Source: an uncultured Solirubrobacterales bacterium
GTDB taxonomy: Bacteria > Actinomycetota > Thermoleophilia > Solirubrobacterales > 70-9
Direction of reading: 5' to 3'
DNA length: 64,000 nucleotides
Assembly (NCBI GenBank): GCA_963697695.1
Contig: OY969094.1
Span: forward strand, 2,415,958-2,479,957
Shown here: positions 44,614 to 54,445 of the stretch, in pieces
Layout of the letters: every line of letters begins with the position of its first letter
Position numbering within the stretch: position 1 is the stretch's first letter
Notes under the pieces: model-generated
Told to the model about the DNA's origin: nothing
Database searches by the model: none
The model's input: the letters and a program-made list of their open reading frames with translations, nothing else
Made by a program: the position numbers and the translations under genes

Positions 44614-45927
44614 GTGACCACAGGGCGCAAGCTCTTCGGAACCGATGGGGTCCGAGGAGAGGCCGGAACGTTCCTCACAGCCGAGTTGGCAACCGCGCTC
44701 GGCCGGGCGGCGACGGCTTCGCTGGCGGCCGAGCGGCCACAGGTTCTGATCGTCCGTGACCCACGCGAGTCTGGTCCGATGCTGGAGTCGGCGCTGGCGG
44801 CCGGGATCGCAGCCGCCGGTGGGGACGCCCTGCTTGGCGGCGTGCTGCCGACCCCTGCAGCCGCGATCTTGGTCAAACGCCTCGGCTTCGACCTTGCCGC
44901 GGTGGTCTCCGCCTCGCACAACCCCTACCGCGACAACGGGATCAAGTTCTTCTCGGCCCAGGGGACGAAGCTCGACGACGCCGACGAGGCAAGGATCGAG
45001 TCGCTGATCGAGACCGAGGGGGAGGCCGTCGAGCCGGGCCGGGTGCGCGAGCTGAACGGCGGCCTCGAGGACTACCTGCGCGCGCTCGAGACTGCCTTCC
45101 CGCTGGACCTCTCCGGGGTCACGGTGATGCTCGATTGCGCCAACGGCGCAACCTTCCGCGCCGCGCCGGCGATCTTCGAGCGACTCGGGGCCACGATCGA
45201 GACGCTCGCCGACGAGCCCGACGGGCGCAACATCAACGACGGCTGCGGCTCGACCCACCTCGAGCAGATCGCCGAGCGAATCGCCGCTTCCGAGGCGACG
45301 ATCGGATTCGCCTTCGACGGCGACGGCGATCGCGTGCTGGCGGTCGACGGTCGTGGCCGTACCCATGACGGCGACGAGCTGATCGCGCTGGCGGTCCGCG
45401 GGATGGCTGCGCGCGGCGAGCTCGGCGGTGGCGTGGCCGTAACCGTGATGAGCAACTACGGCTTTCACCAGGCGATGGAGGCGGCGGAGATCGAGGTTGC
45501 GATAACCCAGGTCGGCGACCGCTACGTCCTCGACGAGCTGCGCGAGCGGGACTGGGCGGTCGGGGGCGAGCAGTCGGGACACATCATCGACACCCGTTTT
45601 GTCGCCACCGGTGACGGCATCGCCGCGGCGCTGATGACGATGCGGGAGCTGGGCGGCGGAGAGCTCTCCGATGTCGTGCCGATGGAGAAGCTGCCCCAGA
45701 CGCTGGTCAACGTCAAGGTCGCCGACCGCGAGGCGGTGAACGGCGCCGCTGCAGTCTGGGAGGCGGTCGAGCGCGAGAGTGCGGCGCTCGAGGGGCGAGG
45801 CCGCGTGCTGCTGCGCCCGTCCGGCACCGAGCCCCTCGTGCGGGTGATGGCCGAGGCGCCGACGGCGGAGGAGGCAGACGCTGCTTGCGAACGCCTTGTC
45901 ACCGTCGTCAAGCAAGAGCTGGGCTGA
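44614..45927 (+). CDS. glmM: phosphoglucosamine mutase
   Basis: KLFGTDGVRGEAG, SASHNPYRDNGIKFF, DGDGDR. Confidence 0.95.
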   Translation: MTTGRKLFGTDGVRGEAGTFLTAELATALGRAATASLAAERPQVLIVRDPRESGPMLESALAAGIAAAGGDALLGGVLPTPAAAILVKRLGFDLAAVVSASHNPYRDNGIKFFSAQGTKLDDADEARIESLIETEGEAVEPGRVRELNGGLEDYLRALETAFPLDLSGVTVMLDCANGATFRAAPAIFERLGATIETLADEPDGRNINDGCGSTHLEQIAERIAASEATIGFAFDGDGDRVLAVDGRGRTHDGDELIALAVRGMAARGELGGGVAVTVMSNYGFHQAMEAAEIEVAITQVGDRYVLDELRERDWAVGGEQSGHIIDTRFVATGDGIAAALMTMRELGGGELSDVVPMEKLPQTLVNVKVADREAVNGAAAVWEAVERESAALEGRGRVLLRPSGTEPLVRVMAEAPTAEEADAACERLVTVVKQELG

Positions 45928-45960
45928 GCCCCGGCCTCTACTCTTCAACCACCTCCCTTT

Positions 45961-47820
45961 ATGTGCGGAATCGTTGGATACGTCGGTGGGCGTCCCTGCC
46001 GCGACCTCCTGGTCGCCGGCTTGGAGAAGCTCGAGTACCGCGGCTATGACTCGGCCGGGGTGTCGGTGATCGAGGATGGCCGAATCGAGAGCGTGCGCGC
46101 GGTCGGCAATCTCGACAACCTGCGGGCGGCCTTCGCGGAAAGCGCCGAGAACGGCGGTGGCGTGGCGGTCGCCGCGCCACCGGCGACCACCGGCGTCGCC
46201 CACACCCGCTGGGCGACTCATGGTCGCGTCACCGAGGAGAACGCTCACCCGCACGGCGACTGCTCCGACCGCATTCACATCGTCCTCAACGGGATCGTCG
46301 AGAACCATGCCGAGCTGCGCCGCGAGCTCGCTGCCGAAGGACACCACTTCAGCTCCGAGACCGACGCCGAGATCGTCGCCCACCTGATCGAGCGCCACTA
46401 CGACGACGACCTCGCCGCCTCCGTGCGCGCCTCCTTCGCCGAGCTGCGCGGACACTACGCCTTCGTTGCGATGCACGCCGACGAGCCCGGGCTGCTGGTC
46501 GGCGCCCGCCGCGAGTGCCCGCTGGTGGCGGGCGTGGGGGAGGGCGAGACCTTCCTCGCCTCGGCGATCCCAGCCTTCCTCGCCCAGACCCGCGACGCGG
46601 TCGCGATCGAAAACGACGAGGTCGTCACGATCGACGCCTCCGGCGTGACGATCACCGACGCCTCCGGTGCTCCGGTCCAGCGTGAAGCGGAGCAGATCTC
46701 CTGGGACGAGGCCGCTGCCGAGAAGGGCGGCTACGAGACCTACATGCTGAAGGAGATCCACGAACAGGCCGACGCGGTCGCCGAGACGATCGCCGACCGG
46801 CTGCCGGGCGAGGACGGGGTCGACCTCTCCGAGGTGGAGCTCGACGATTCCTATCTGCGCGACCTGAAACGGATCGTGATCGTCGCCTGCGGCACCTCCT
46901 ACCACGCCGGCCTGATCGGCCGCTACGCGATCGAGGAGTGGGCGCGGGTGCCGGTCGAGATGGACATCGCCTCCGAGTACCGCTACCGCAACCCGGTGAT
47001 CGGCTCCGGCGACCTGGTGATCGGGATGACCCAGTCGGGCGAGACCGCCGACACCCTGGCGGCGATGCGCCTCGCCCGCGAGAACGGCGCCAAGGTGCTG
47101 GCGATCACCAACATCATGGGCAGCCAGGCGACCCGCGATTCCGATGCCGTCCTCTACACCCGCGCCGGGCTCGAGGTCAGCGTCGCCGCGACCAAGACCT
47201 TCGTCGCCCAGGTCGCCGCGATGTACCTGCTCGGGCTGCGCCTGGCCGAGCTGCGTGGAACGCTCGCCCCCGAGCGTCTGGCCGAGCTGGTCGCTGAGCT
47301 GAAGGCGCTGCCTTCGCGGATCGAAACGACGATCGCCAACTGCGAGGACCGTGTGCGCGAGGTCGCCTCGACCCATCACAGCCAAGAGTTCTTCCTCTAT
47401 CTGGGCCGGCACATCGGGCTGCCGGTCTGCCTCGAGGGTGCCCTGAAGCTGAAGGAGGTCTCCTACATCCCGACCGACGCTTATGCCGCCGGCGAGATGA
47501 AGCACGGCCCGATCGCCCTGCTCGACGAGTCGACTCCGGTCGTCTGCGTTGCGACCGAGAGCCCCGTCCTCGAGAAGGTCCTCTCCAACGTAGAGGAGGT
47601 GCGTGCCCGCGGCGCCGAGACGATCGCGATCGCCACCGAAGGGGACAAGCGGGTCGACGAGGTCGCCGACCAGACGATCGAGGTCGCCCGCACCGACTGG
47701 ATCCTGCAGCCGATTGTCGCGATCCTGCCGCTGCAGCTACTCGCCTACGACATCGCCAGGGCCCGCGGTCTCAACGTCGATCAGCCGCGCAACCTGGCGA
47801 AGACGGTCACGGTCGAGTAG
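45961..47820 (+). CDS. glmS: glutamine--fructose-6-phosphate aminotransferase
   Basis: MCGIVGYVG N-terminal nucleophile, two SIS domains, ...KTVTVE C-terminus. Confidence 0.95.
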   Translation: MCGIVGYVGGRPCRDLLVAGLEKLEYRGYDSAGVSVIEDGRIESVRAVGNLDNLRAAFAESAENGGGVAVAAPPATTGVAHTRWATHGRVTEENAHPHGDCSDRIHIVLNGIVENHAELRRELAAEGHHFSSETDAEIVAHLIERHYDDDLAASVRASFAELRGHYAFVAMHADEPGLLVGARRECPLVAGVGEGETFLASAIPAFLAQTRDAVAIENDEVVTIDASGVTITDASGAPVQREAEQISWDEAAAEKGGYETYMLKEIHEQADAVAETIADRLPGEDGVDLSEVELDDSYLRDLKRIVIVACGTSYHAGLIGRYAIEEWARVPVEMDIASEYRYRNPVIGSGDLVIGMTQSGETADTLAAMRLARENGAKVLAITNIMGSQATRDSDAVLYTRAGLEVSVAATKTFVAQVAAMYLLGLRLAELRGTLAPERLAELVAELKALPSRIETTIANCEDRVREVASTHHSQEFFLYLGRHIGLPVCLEGALKLKEVSYIPTDAYAAGEMKHGPIALLDESTPVVCVATESPVLEKVLSNVEEVRARGAETIAIATEGDKRVDEVADQTIEVARTDWILQPIVAILPLQLLAYDIARARGLNVDQPRNLAKTVTVE

Positions 47821-47849
47821 GCGCCTGGCCTCTCGTTAGGCTGCGCGCC

Positions 47850-49397
47850 ATGACCAGCCCCCGTCTCGTCCTCGCGCTGCTCGCTGCCCTTTTCTCGATC
47901 GCCCTCGCGGGCTGCGGTGACGGCGGCGGTTCGAGCTCCGATCCGGCGAGCGCCGCACCGGCGAAATCGCCCCTCTTCATCGAAGCCTCGCTGCGCCCGA
48001 CCGGGGAGACGAAGTCGAATCTCGAAGCGCTGGCCCAGAAGATCGCCGGAATCGACGACCTCGGCGCGACGATCGTCGAAGAGCTGGAATCGGGAAGCTC
48101 CGGCGGGGAGGTCGACTACGGGAAAGACGTCGAGCCCTGGCTCGGCGACAAGGGCGCCTTCTTCTTCCAGCGCTACGACGGCGATGAATTCACCGGCGTC
48201 GGCGCCGTGATCCAGAGCACCGACCCCGAGGTGACGCAGGCCTTCATCGACGAACAGGCGCAGTCCAGCGACGAGCCGATCGAGGATGCCTCTTACGAAG
48301 GGCTCGACTACAAGGTCGACAGCGAGGACGGGACAGCAATAGGGGTCATCGGCGACTTCTTCGTCTTCGGCGAAGACGAGCAGACTTTTCAGGATGCGGT
48401 CGACGCCTACGAAGGCGAATCGCTGGCCGAGGTCGAACGCTACGAGGACGCGGTTGCGGCGGCTCCCGGCGACAGCTTCGCCGACGTCTATGTCGATGTC
48501 GGCGATCTGATCAGGCAGTCCGGCGAGGAAATCGACAGCCAGGCGCGAGGGGTGCTCGAGGGGGCGGGGGTCGATCCGGACGAAGCGACGGCGCTGGCCA
48601 GCGTCACGCCCGGCTCCGACCTGATCGAAATCGACGTCAGCAGCGACCTCGAGGGAACGCAGCCACCCACCGGCGATGCCTCGGCGCTGCTGGGCACGCT
48701 GCCGGCGGATTCCTTTGCTGCCCTGGCGGTCTCCGGCTTCGGCGACGAGCTCGGCGAAGCGATCGACAGCCTCGACAAGTCCGGCATCCCGCCGGATGTG
48801 CCCCCGGGGCAGCTGAAGAGCACGCTGAAGGCGATCGGGATCGACCTCGACAAACTCGCGGCATCGGTCAGCGACGGAGCGGCCTTCGCCACAGGCGGCA
48901 GCGAGAGCAGCCTCGGCGGGGCGCTGGTCCTGAGCACCGACAATTCGGGCGAAGCAGCCGACGCCGTCGCCAGCCTCGGTTCGCTGCTGCGTTTCTCCAA
49001 AACCCCTGGAGTGACGGCGGTCAGCGGCAAAGCCAGCGGTTTCTCGATTCGCGATCCGGAGCTCGGTCCCCGGCCGGCCGTGGTTGTCGCCAAGGGCGAG
49101 CGAATCGCGATCGGCTACGGGCTCGCAGAGACCTTGCGCGGTCTTTCGACCTCTGGTGCGAGACTCGCGGACGACCCGGACTACAAGGCGGGGACCTCGG
49201 CTCTCGGCAACACGCCGATCGACGCTTTCGTCGACGGGCCGGCAGCGCTGCAGCTCGCCGAAGCTCTGGTGCCGCGGTCGGAGACCGATTTCCAGAACGC
49301 CAAGCCCTACCTGAGGAAGGTTCGCTTCATCGCGGTCGGCAGCGGCAGCGAAGGCGAACTGGCGACGGCCAAGCTGATCGTCGGCATCGAGAAGTAG
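47850..49397 (+). CDS. lipoprotein, function unknown
   Basis: Lipobox LFSIALAG|CGDGG. Acidic, Ala/Gly-rich mature protein. Confidence 0.6.
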   Translation: MTSPRLVLALLAALFSIALAGCGDGGGSSSDPASAAPAKSPLFIEASLRPTGETKSNLEALAQKIAGIDDLGATIVEELESGSSGGEVDYGKDVEPWLGDKGAFFFQRYDGDEFTGVGAVIQSTDPEVTQAFIDEQAQSSDEPIEDASYEGLDYKVDSEDGTAIGVIGDFFVFGEDEQTFQDAVDAYEGESLAEVERYEDAVAAAPGDSFADVYVDVGDLIRQSGEEIDSQARGVLEGAGVDPDEATALASVTPGSDLIEIDVSSDLEGTQPPTGDASALLGTLPADSFAALAVSGFGDELGEAIDSLDKSGIPPDVPPGQLKSTLKAIGIDLDKLAASVSDGAAFATGGSESSLGGALVLSTDNSGEAADAVASLGSLLRFSKTPGVTAVSGKASGFSIRDPELGPRPAVVVAKGERIAIGYGLAETLRGLSTSGARLADDPDYKAGTSALGNTPIDAFVDGPAALQLAEALVPRSETDFQNAKPYLRKVRFIAVGSGSEGELATAKLIVGIEK

Positions 49398-49405
49398 GCC
49401 GCCCG

Positions 49406-49762
49406 ATGGCTCCCGCGGTCGGCATCGATCTGCTCGAGATCGATCGGCTGGAGCGCGCGCTGGAGCGCCATCCCCGCCTCGCCGAGCGCGTCTTCACCGA
49501 GGCCGAGCGCGAGTACGCCGCGGCCCGGGCCCGCCCGGCTCGCCACCTGGCCGCCCGCTTCGCCGCCAAGGAGGCGGTGATCAAGGCCCTCGGCCTCCGC
49601 GGCGGTTTCCTGCGCGAGGTCGAGGTCGTCGCGGGCGAGCCGCCCTCGGTGCGCCTTTCGGGGCGCGCTGCCGAGGCCGCTGCGGAGCAGAGCATCGAGA
49701 TCTCGCTGACCCACTCGCGCGATTACGCAGCCGCCGTGGCGATGGCTCACCCGAGTCGCTAG
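49406..49762 (+). CDS. acpS: holo-[acyl-carrier-protein] synthase
   Basis: VGIDLLEIDR..., FAAKEAVIKALG, ISLTHSRDYAAAVAM. Confidence 0.9.
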   Translation: MAPAVGIDLLEIDRLERALERHPRLAERVFTEAEREYAAARARPARHLAARFAAKEAVIKALGLRGGFLREVEVVAGEPPSVRLSGRAAEAAAEQSIEISLTHSRDYAAAVAMAHPSR

Positions 49763-50816
49763 CTGTAGTTCCTAACCACCTTCGTCAGTAGCTGAGACAT
49801 CCGGGCCTCGCTGGAGGCTGGAGCTGCGAAGCCAAACCAGCCCCAGGAGGTCCGGATGCAAGTCCACGCTAGAGCACGCCTTACGCCGAAAGGCAGGGCC
49901 CTTGTCATAGAGAGGGTCTTGGAGCACGGTTGGTCGGCAAGGGCGGCGGCCGAGGCCGCCGGCGTTGCCGACCAACCGTCTATCGCTGGATCTCCCGCTA
50001 CCGCTCCGAGGGAGAGGCCGGCCTACTTGACCGCTCCTCGGCCCCGCACTCGATCCCCCACCGGACACCGCGCGAGAGGGTCGCCGCGATCCTGGCCCTT
50101 CGCCGCCTGCGGATGACCTCGACTGAGATCGCCGAGCTGCTCGCAATGCCCCTCTCGACGGTATCGGTGGTGTTGAAACGCGAGGGGCTTGGCAAGCTCA
50201 GCCGGCTGGAGCCACCTGAGCCACCCAATCGCTACGAGAGACGGCAACCGGGCGAGCTGATCCACATCGACGTCAAGAAGCTGGGCCGCATCCTCAAGCC
50301 GGGTCACCGGGTGACCGGCAATAGGCGGGGACAGGCGAGCACCCACCGCAACGGCAAGCCCGTGCGTCTCGCCGGCTGGGAGTTCGTCCACATCGCCATC
50401 GACGATCACTCTCGCCTGGCCTACGCCGAGGTTCTGTCCAACGAGCGAGGCGAGACCGCAGTTGGCTTCCTGCGCCGGGCGGTTGGGTTCTTCGCCTCTC
50501 ACGGGATCTCGGTGCAGCGGGTCATGACCGACAACGGCTCGCCCTACGTCTCCTCTGTCCACGCCCTCGCCTGCCGCGAGCTCGGCCTGCGCCACCTGCG
50601 CACCCAGCCCTATCGTCCTCGCACTAACGGCAAGGCCGAGCGCTTCATCCAGACGATGCTGCGCGAGTGGGCCTATGGACGGGTCTTTCCCACCAGCGCA
50701 GAGCGCACCGCGGCGCTGCCTTCCTGGCTCGAGCGCTACAACTGGCGAAGACCACACGGCAGCCTCGGCCACCGACCGCCCGCGTCAAGGCTGACGAACG
50801 TTGCTGGGAACTACAG
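49763..50816 (+). mobile_element. IS481-family insertion sequence, copy 2, inserted at a CTAG that overlaps the acpS stop codon
   Basis: Perfect terminal inverted repeat CTGTAGTTCC (49763-49772) / GGAACTACAG (50807-50816), flanked by CTAG on both sides (49759-49762 and 50817-50820). Confidence 0.85.
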
Positions 50817-50820
50817 CTAG
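49856..50820 (+). pseudogene. IS481-family transposase with a frameshift near 49969
   Basis: The HTH part reads in the 49856 frame up to ...AAEAAGVA. The rest (RPTVYRWISRYRSEGEAGLLDRSS...DDE core) is in the 49930 frame. Alignment to copy 1 implies one missing base. No slippery heptamer is evident. Confidence 0.7.
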
Positions 50821-50852
50821 CGCGGCATCGCTCAGGCGATCTCGACTGTAGG

Positions 50853-52409
50853 GTGCTGCCCGTGAGCGGGAAGGCGAAGGCGGCGATCGTGCTCGGGTTC
50901 GTGCTCAGCTTCGTCGCCGGCGGGGCGCTGGTCTTCATTTTGAAGGAAAACCACCGGGTCGAGGTGACTCCGGATCGCGGCCGGGCCTACGCCCCGGTGA
51001 TCGGGACCGAAGCTGCGGAACTTGCCGAGCGCTTCCGGCCGCAGTTGATGTTCGACAGCCGCGAGCGCTGGCGCCCGGTCTCGGTCGAGAGCCTGTTCGC
51101 GGAGCGCAACGAGGGCAACAATCCGCTGCACAGTTTCTGCAAGCGCGTCCAGAGTGGCGTCGAATGCGAGCCGATCGACGACCTCGCCGAGTTCGAGACG
51201 CTGGTCTCCGAAAACAGCGCCCAGGGCAGCTCTACCTACGTCGACATCGCCGGCAGGAAGCTCGGTGACTACCGGGCGCCGCGTCGCAGCCTCGCCTGCG
51301 CGGAGGCCGGTCTCTGGGACTGCGACGACGATCCGGGCTCGGCGATCTATTACAGCGTCGTCTCCTCCAACGAGCGCTTCTACATCGACTACTGGTGGTT
51401 CATGCGCTTCAACCACTTCGGCCTGACCAGTTGCTCGGCAGAGATCGATCTCTGTGGCGAGCACGAGGGCGACTGGGAGGGCGTCACCCTCGTCACCGCT
51501 CCCAACGACAGCAGCAGCCTCGACTACGTCGTCTACGCGGCTCACAACGGCACCTTTCGCTATCCCGCGCGGGCACTGATCCCAGCAGGACAGCGACGGC
51601 CTCAGGTGTTCGTCGCCGACGGCAGCCACGCCTCATACCCCAAACCCTGCTCGAGTCCCTGCTCGCAGCCGATCGCCTTCGCCGGCCTGGTCGGCCTGCC
51701 GGAGTCGAGCACGGACGGGAAGCGGGCGTGGGCCCGCAACGACGACTCCTGCGAGACCCCCTCTGCCGGATCCTGCCTGCTGCCCCTGCCGCCTGTCGAA
51801 CCCGGCCGTTCCCCCTGGACCACCTGGGCTGGCCTTTGGGGAGAGTCTTGCGGCAGCCGCTGCGGCACCAAGCATCCGCAGGCGCCGGCATCGCCGGGCC
51901 TGCAGGCGCGCTTCCAGTCGCCATGGTGCTCGATCCAGACCGGTGCCCTGACCTGCGACACCACCGCCCAGGGCTGCAGCGACTGGCTGGGCCCAGTGGT
52001 CGCGGCGCTGGCCTGTAATCCGGCGGCGGTCTCACGCAGCCTGACCGAGCCGGAGGAGCTGCCGAGCGGTGGGCTGAAGCTCACGGTCATCCCCGCCGAT
52101 GGCAAGGCGCGTCGGATCAGCCCGACCACGCGCGGGATCGTGCAGGCGCTGGGCCCGCCGCTGCGGGTCGGCGATCGCCTCCAGGTCAGCGACGCGGGGG
52201 CGAGCACCGAGATCCTGATCCGCGCCCAGGAGGGCAACCGCCTGCTCGAGGCCCGCTTCAGTCCCTTCACCAGCGGGGCCGCCGGCCAGCGGCTCGAGAT
52301 CACGGTCGAAGCAACCGAAGGCGGCATCCCGGTTCTGCGCGCGGTGGACATCGACGGAGCCAGAGTCGCCCCGGTCGAAAGAAGGCGCATCGCGCTGAAA
52401 CCCAGCTGA
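50853..52409 (+). CDS. membrane-anchored Vps62/DUF946-like protein
   Basis: GTG at 50853 (or 50862) just outside the IS. TM segment AAIVLGFVLSFVAGGALVFIL. Contains RFRPQLMFDSRERWRPVSVESLF ... YIDYWWFMRFNHFG ... CGEHEGDWEGVTLV (the H.GDWE motif of the Vps62 family). Confidence 0.5.
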   Translation: MLPVSGKAKAAIVLGFVLSFVAGGALVFILKENHRVEVTPDRGRAYAPVIGTEAAELAERFRPQLMFDSRERWRPVSVESLFAERNEGNNPLHSFCKRVQSGVECEPIDDLAEFETLVSENSAQGSSTYVDIAGRKLGDYRAPRRSLACAEAGLWDCDDDPGSAIYYSVVSSNERFYIDYWWFMRFNHFGLTSCSAEIDLCGEHEGDWEGVTLVTAPNDSSSLDYVVYAAHNGTFRYPARALIPAGQRRPQVFVADGSHASYPKPCSSPCSQPIAFAGLVGLPESSTDGKRAWARNDDSCETPSAGSCLLPLPPVEPGRSPWTTWAGLWGESCGSRCGTKHPQAPASPGLQARFQSPWCSIQTGALTCDTTAQGCSDWLGPVVAALACNPAAVSRSLTEPEELPSGGLKLTVIPADGKARRISPTTRGIVQALGPPLRVGDRLQVSDAGASTEILIRAQEGNRLLEARFSPFTSGAAGQRLEITVEATEGGIPVLRAVDIDGARVAPVERRRIALKPS

Positions 52410-52441
52410 GGCGGGAATCGCCTCAGTAGGCTGGCTGCGCA

Positions 52442-53962
52442 ATGGAGCCCTGGCTCACCCCCCTCCACGACTCCGAGGGAATGCGCTCGGTAGATCGCTG
52501 GGCGATCGAGGAGAAGGGAGTCCCCTCGCTCGAGCTGATGGAGGCCGCTGGGCACGCCGTCGCCGAGGCGGTCGCCGGCCTCGCCCCGGAGGGCCCGGTC
52601 AGGGTCGTCTGCGGCAAGGGCAACAACGCCGGAGATGGGCTGGTGGCCGCTCGCCTGCTGGCGGAGATGGGATTCGAGGTCGAGGCGCTGCTCCTCTGGC
52701 CAGGGGAGGAGCTGAGCGGCGACGCCGCGGCGAACCTCGAGCGCTTCGCTGCTGAGCGGGTCGAGGAGGGTCTCGACGGGCGGCTGGCCGGCTCGGGCGC
52801 GGTCGTCGACGCGATCTTCGGCACCGGCTTCGCCGGGACACCACGCGAACCGGCGCTGGCGGTGATCGACGCGATCAACCGCTGCGGAGTGCCGGTCGTC
52901 GCCTGCGACATCGCCTCCGGGGTCGACGCTTCCAGCGGGGAGGTCGAAGGTGCTGCGGTCGAGGCCGACCTCACCGTCGCCTTCCACGCGGCAAAGATCG
53001 GGCACCGGATCGCCCCCGGCAAGTGGCACGCGGGTGAGCTGCGGGTGGCGCCGATCGGGATTCCCGTCGGCGCTCCGGGCGAGCCCTTCGCCGGCACGAT
53101 CGGACCGGCGGTGCTCGACCTGGCGCCGCGCCGCGGTCCCCGCTCGACCAAGTTCAGCTCCGGGCAGGTCGTGATCGCAGGCGGTTCGCGGGGCCTCACC
53201 GGCGCCGTCCAGATGTCATCTCAGGCGGCGATCCGCGCCGGGGCCGGCTACGCGACCGTCGCTGTGCCGGCGGACCTCGAGCTCGTCTTCGAGCAGGGCC
53301 AGCCCGAGGTGATGTCGGTCGGCTGCCCTGGCGGGGACGGATGCCTGGCGCCGGCCTCGCTCAAGTCCGTCCTGCGCACTTTCGAGCGCGCCGCCGCCGG
53401 CGTCCTCGGTCCGGGACTCGGGCGCGATCCCGGCTCGGTCGAGCTGGTTCGCGATGCAGCCGCTGCGATCGAGGCCCCGCTGGTGGTCGACGCCGACGGC
53501 CTCAACGCCTTTGCCGGTGAGGTCGGGCGGATCGCCGGCCGAAGCGCCTCCACTGTCCTCACCCCGCATGCGGGCGAGCTGGGACGATTGCTGGACCGTT
53601 CCTCGGAGGAGATCTCTGCCCATCGGCTTTCCTCGGCACGAGAGGCAGCACGCCTCGCCGGTGCGGTCGTCGTCCTCAAGGGCGACGACACGATCGTCAC
53701 CGACGGCGAGCGGGTCGCGGTCAACGCGCTCTCGGCTCCGGCGCTGGCCACTGCCGGCACAGGCGATGTCCTGTCCGGGATCGTTGCGGCACTGCTGTCC
53801 CGCGGTCTGGAGCCTTTTGCCGCAGCCTGCGCCGCGGTCCTTGCCCACGCCCGCGCCGGCCGCGACGCCGCGATCCGGATCGGCGCGGCCGAGTCGGTGA
53901 TCGCCGGCGACGTGATCGCTTCGGTCCCGGCGGGGATGCTTCGCGACTCGCGCGTCGAATAA
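52442..53962 (+). CDS. nnr: bifunctional NAD(P)H-hydrate repair enzyme (epimerase/dehydratase)
   Basis: YjeF-N motif GKGNNAGDGLVAARLL. YjeF-C carbohydrate kinase region with GTGDVLSG. Confidence 0.9.
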   Translation: MEPWLTPLHDSEGMRSVDRWAIEEKGVPSLELMEAAGHAVAEAVAGLAPEGPVRVVCGKGNNAGDGLVAARLLAEMGFEVEALLLWPGEELSGDAAANLERFAAERVEEGLDGRLAGSGAVVDAIFGTGFAGTPREPALAVIDAINRCGVPVVACDIASGVDASSGEVEGAAVEADLTVAFHAAKIGHRIAPGKWHAGELRVAPIGIPVGAPGEPFAGTIGPAVLDLAPRRGPRSTKFSSGQVVIAGGSRGLTGAVQMSSQAAIRAGAGYATVAVPADLELVFEQGQPEVMSVGCPGGDGCLAPASLKSVLRTFERAAAGVLGPGLGRDPGSVELVRDAAAAIEAPLVVDADGLNAFAGEVGRIAGRSASTVLTPHAGELGRLLDRSSEEISAHRLSSAREAARLAGAVVVLKGDDTIVTDGERVAVNALSAPALATAGTGDVLSGIVAALLSRGLEPFAAACAAVLAHARAGRDAAIRIGAAESVIAGDVIASVPAGMLRDSRVE

Positions 53963-53977
53963 CCTCGCTGCCTGCCG

Positions 53978-54442
53978 ATGAAGACAGCCGCTGAAATCAT
54001 GGACGCCGACGTGCCGAGCGTCTCCCCGGAGGCCGACGCCCGCGCTGCGATCGAGCTGCTGGCGAAGACCGATATGGGGGCGATCCCGGTGGTGGACGAG
54101 GATCGCAAGGTGGTAGGGATCGTCAGCGAGTCGGACCTCGTTCTCAGCGACGAGGAGGCTGACCTGCACCTGCCCCACTACCTCAACATCATGGGCGGCA
54201 TCGTCTTCGTCGGCTCGATGAAGGGCTTCGAAGAGCGGCTCAACAAGGCTTTCGCGACCAAGGTCTCGGAGCTGATGAGCGCCGACCCGGTCGTCGCCGG
54301 CGTCGGTGACGATGCCGAGGCGGTGGCGCAGACGATCGCCGAGTCGCACCACAACCACCTGCCCGTGGTCGACGCCGAGGGGCGCCTCGCCGGCCTGGTC
54401 ACGCGGGCTGATGCGCTCGCCGCGCTCGTCGCCGACGGCTAG
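53978..54442 (+). CDS. CBS domain pair protein
   Basis: Two CBS motifs (...GAIPVVDEDRKVVGIVSESDL... and ...HNHLPVVDAEGRLAGLVTRADAL). Confidence 0.8.
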   Translation: MKTAAEIMDADVPSVSPEADARAAIELLAKTDMGAIPVVDEDRKVVGIVSESDLVLSDEEADLHLPHYLNIMGGIVFVGSMKGFEERLNKAFATKVSELMSADPVVAGVGDDAEAVAQTIAESHHNHLPVVDAEGRLAGLVTRADALAALVADG

Positions 54443-54445
54443 GCC

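Noticed and set aside
45928-45960. Possible glmS ribozyme upstream of glmS
   Set aside because: The glmM-glmS gap is only 33 nt, far too short for the ribozyme.
44539-47505. 988-aa minus-strand ORF
   Set aside because: It is antisense to glmM and glmS, both with unmistakable motifs on the plus strand. Its product has no protein-like features.
50667-50852. N-terminal 62 codons of the listed 580-aa ORF
   Set aside because: These codons lie inside the IS481 transposase and right inverted repeat in another frame. The real gene starts just outside the IS at GTG 50853 or 50862, immediately before its TM helix.
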